64,000 nt of DNA from Lachnospiraceae bacterium. GTDB taxonomy: Bacteria; Bacillota; Clostridia; Lachnospirales; Lachnospiraceae. The position numbers and the translations under genes were made by a program. Within the stretch, counting starts at the first letter, position 1. Every line of letters starts with the position of its first letter. The notes beneath the pieces are model-generated. The model had not been told where the DNA came from. It did no database searches and saw only the letters and a program-made list of their open reading frames with translations. Location of the stretch: positions 23 through 64,022 of the forward strand of contig JAEEXG010000009.1 in NCBI GenBank assembly GCA_016291405.1, read 5' to 3'. This document shows positions 63,859 to 64,000 of this stretch, piece after piece.

Positions 63859-64000
63859 ATGACGAATAGAAAGACCAACATTGTTCCTTTTGAAATGAAG
63901 TATTTGAATGAGTATTATGATGGCTTTAATACTGAGATTACAAAATACCAATGGCCTGATCCTTTTCGTACAGTTGATGATGCAAAAGAGTTATTACAAG
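63859..64000 (+). CDS. Hypothetical protein, 3'-truncated by the window edge (N-terminus resembles RimJ/RimL-type GNAT acetyltransferases)
   Basis: GGAGGA RBS 4 nt upstream. Only 47 codons are visible (MTNRKTNIVPFEMKYLNEYYDGFNTEITKYQWPDPF..). Confidence 0.4.
   Translation, partial: MTNRKTNIVPFEMKYLNEYYDGFNTEITKYQWPDPFRTVDDAKELLQ

Overview
This is a 64-kb chromosomal segment from a low-GC, Gram-positive-type bacterium. A Clostridia/Lachnospiraceae-like origin is an inference from gene content, strong GGAGG ribosome-binding sites and lipoboxes. Positions 1-51 kb are mostly housekeeping. They hold a 5'-truncated giant surface repeat protein, glgP, a CYTH protein, a DJ-1/PfpI protein, a UDP-sugar pyrophosphorylase and malic enzyme. 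They also hold a chemoreceptor, a PurF-like gene, nrdD with two NrdR boxes, pyrF-pyrE, purE-purM-purN-purD and clpC-radA-xth. Further along are a GH51 arabinofuranosidase, tRNA-Trp, a large cNMP-domain protein, purL, queH-argS-ispF, a Val-Met-Pro tRNA operon, udp and an rRNA methyltransferase. From 51.25 kb to the right edge the character changes. All genes are co-directional and fall into blocks of 1-4 genes. The blocks are separated by nine same-orientation copies of a ~30-nt GC-rich motif (consensus TGGCCCyrGGGGACGGGGTTAGCGGTYCAT) that sits on or just after the stop codons. The cargo is a typical accessory mix: HAD and HD hydrolases, an orphan transcarbamylase, a cytidine/blasticidin-type deaminase, a HipBA-like toxin-antitoxin pair, a MATE pump, GNATs, a chromate transporter, an esterase and a rhodanese. 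This looks like an integron-like cassette array. However, the site is not a canonical attC and no recombinase lies in the window. It is the main candidate for something undescribed. Secondary oddities: a family of ~170-220-bp GC-rich, hairpin-closed repeats occurs three times. Two copies in inverted orientation bracket a 1.2-kb non-coding island. That island holds five dyad repeats with an exact 71-bp period and the tRNA operon, whose third member is a tRNA-Pro with the unusual anticodon AGG. No transposase, integrase, phage, CRISPR-cas or rRNA genes were recognised. All calls come from reading the sequence and the ORF translations; no database search was run.
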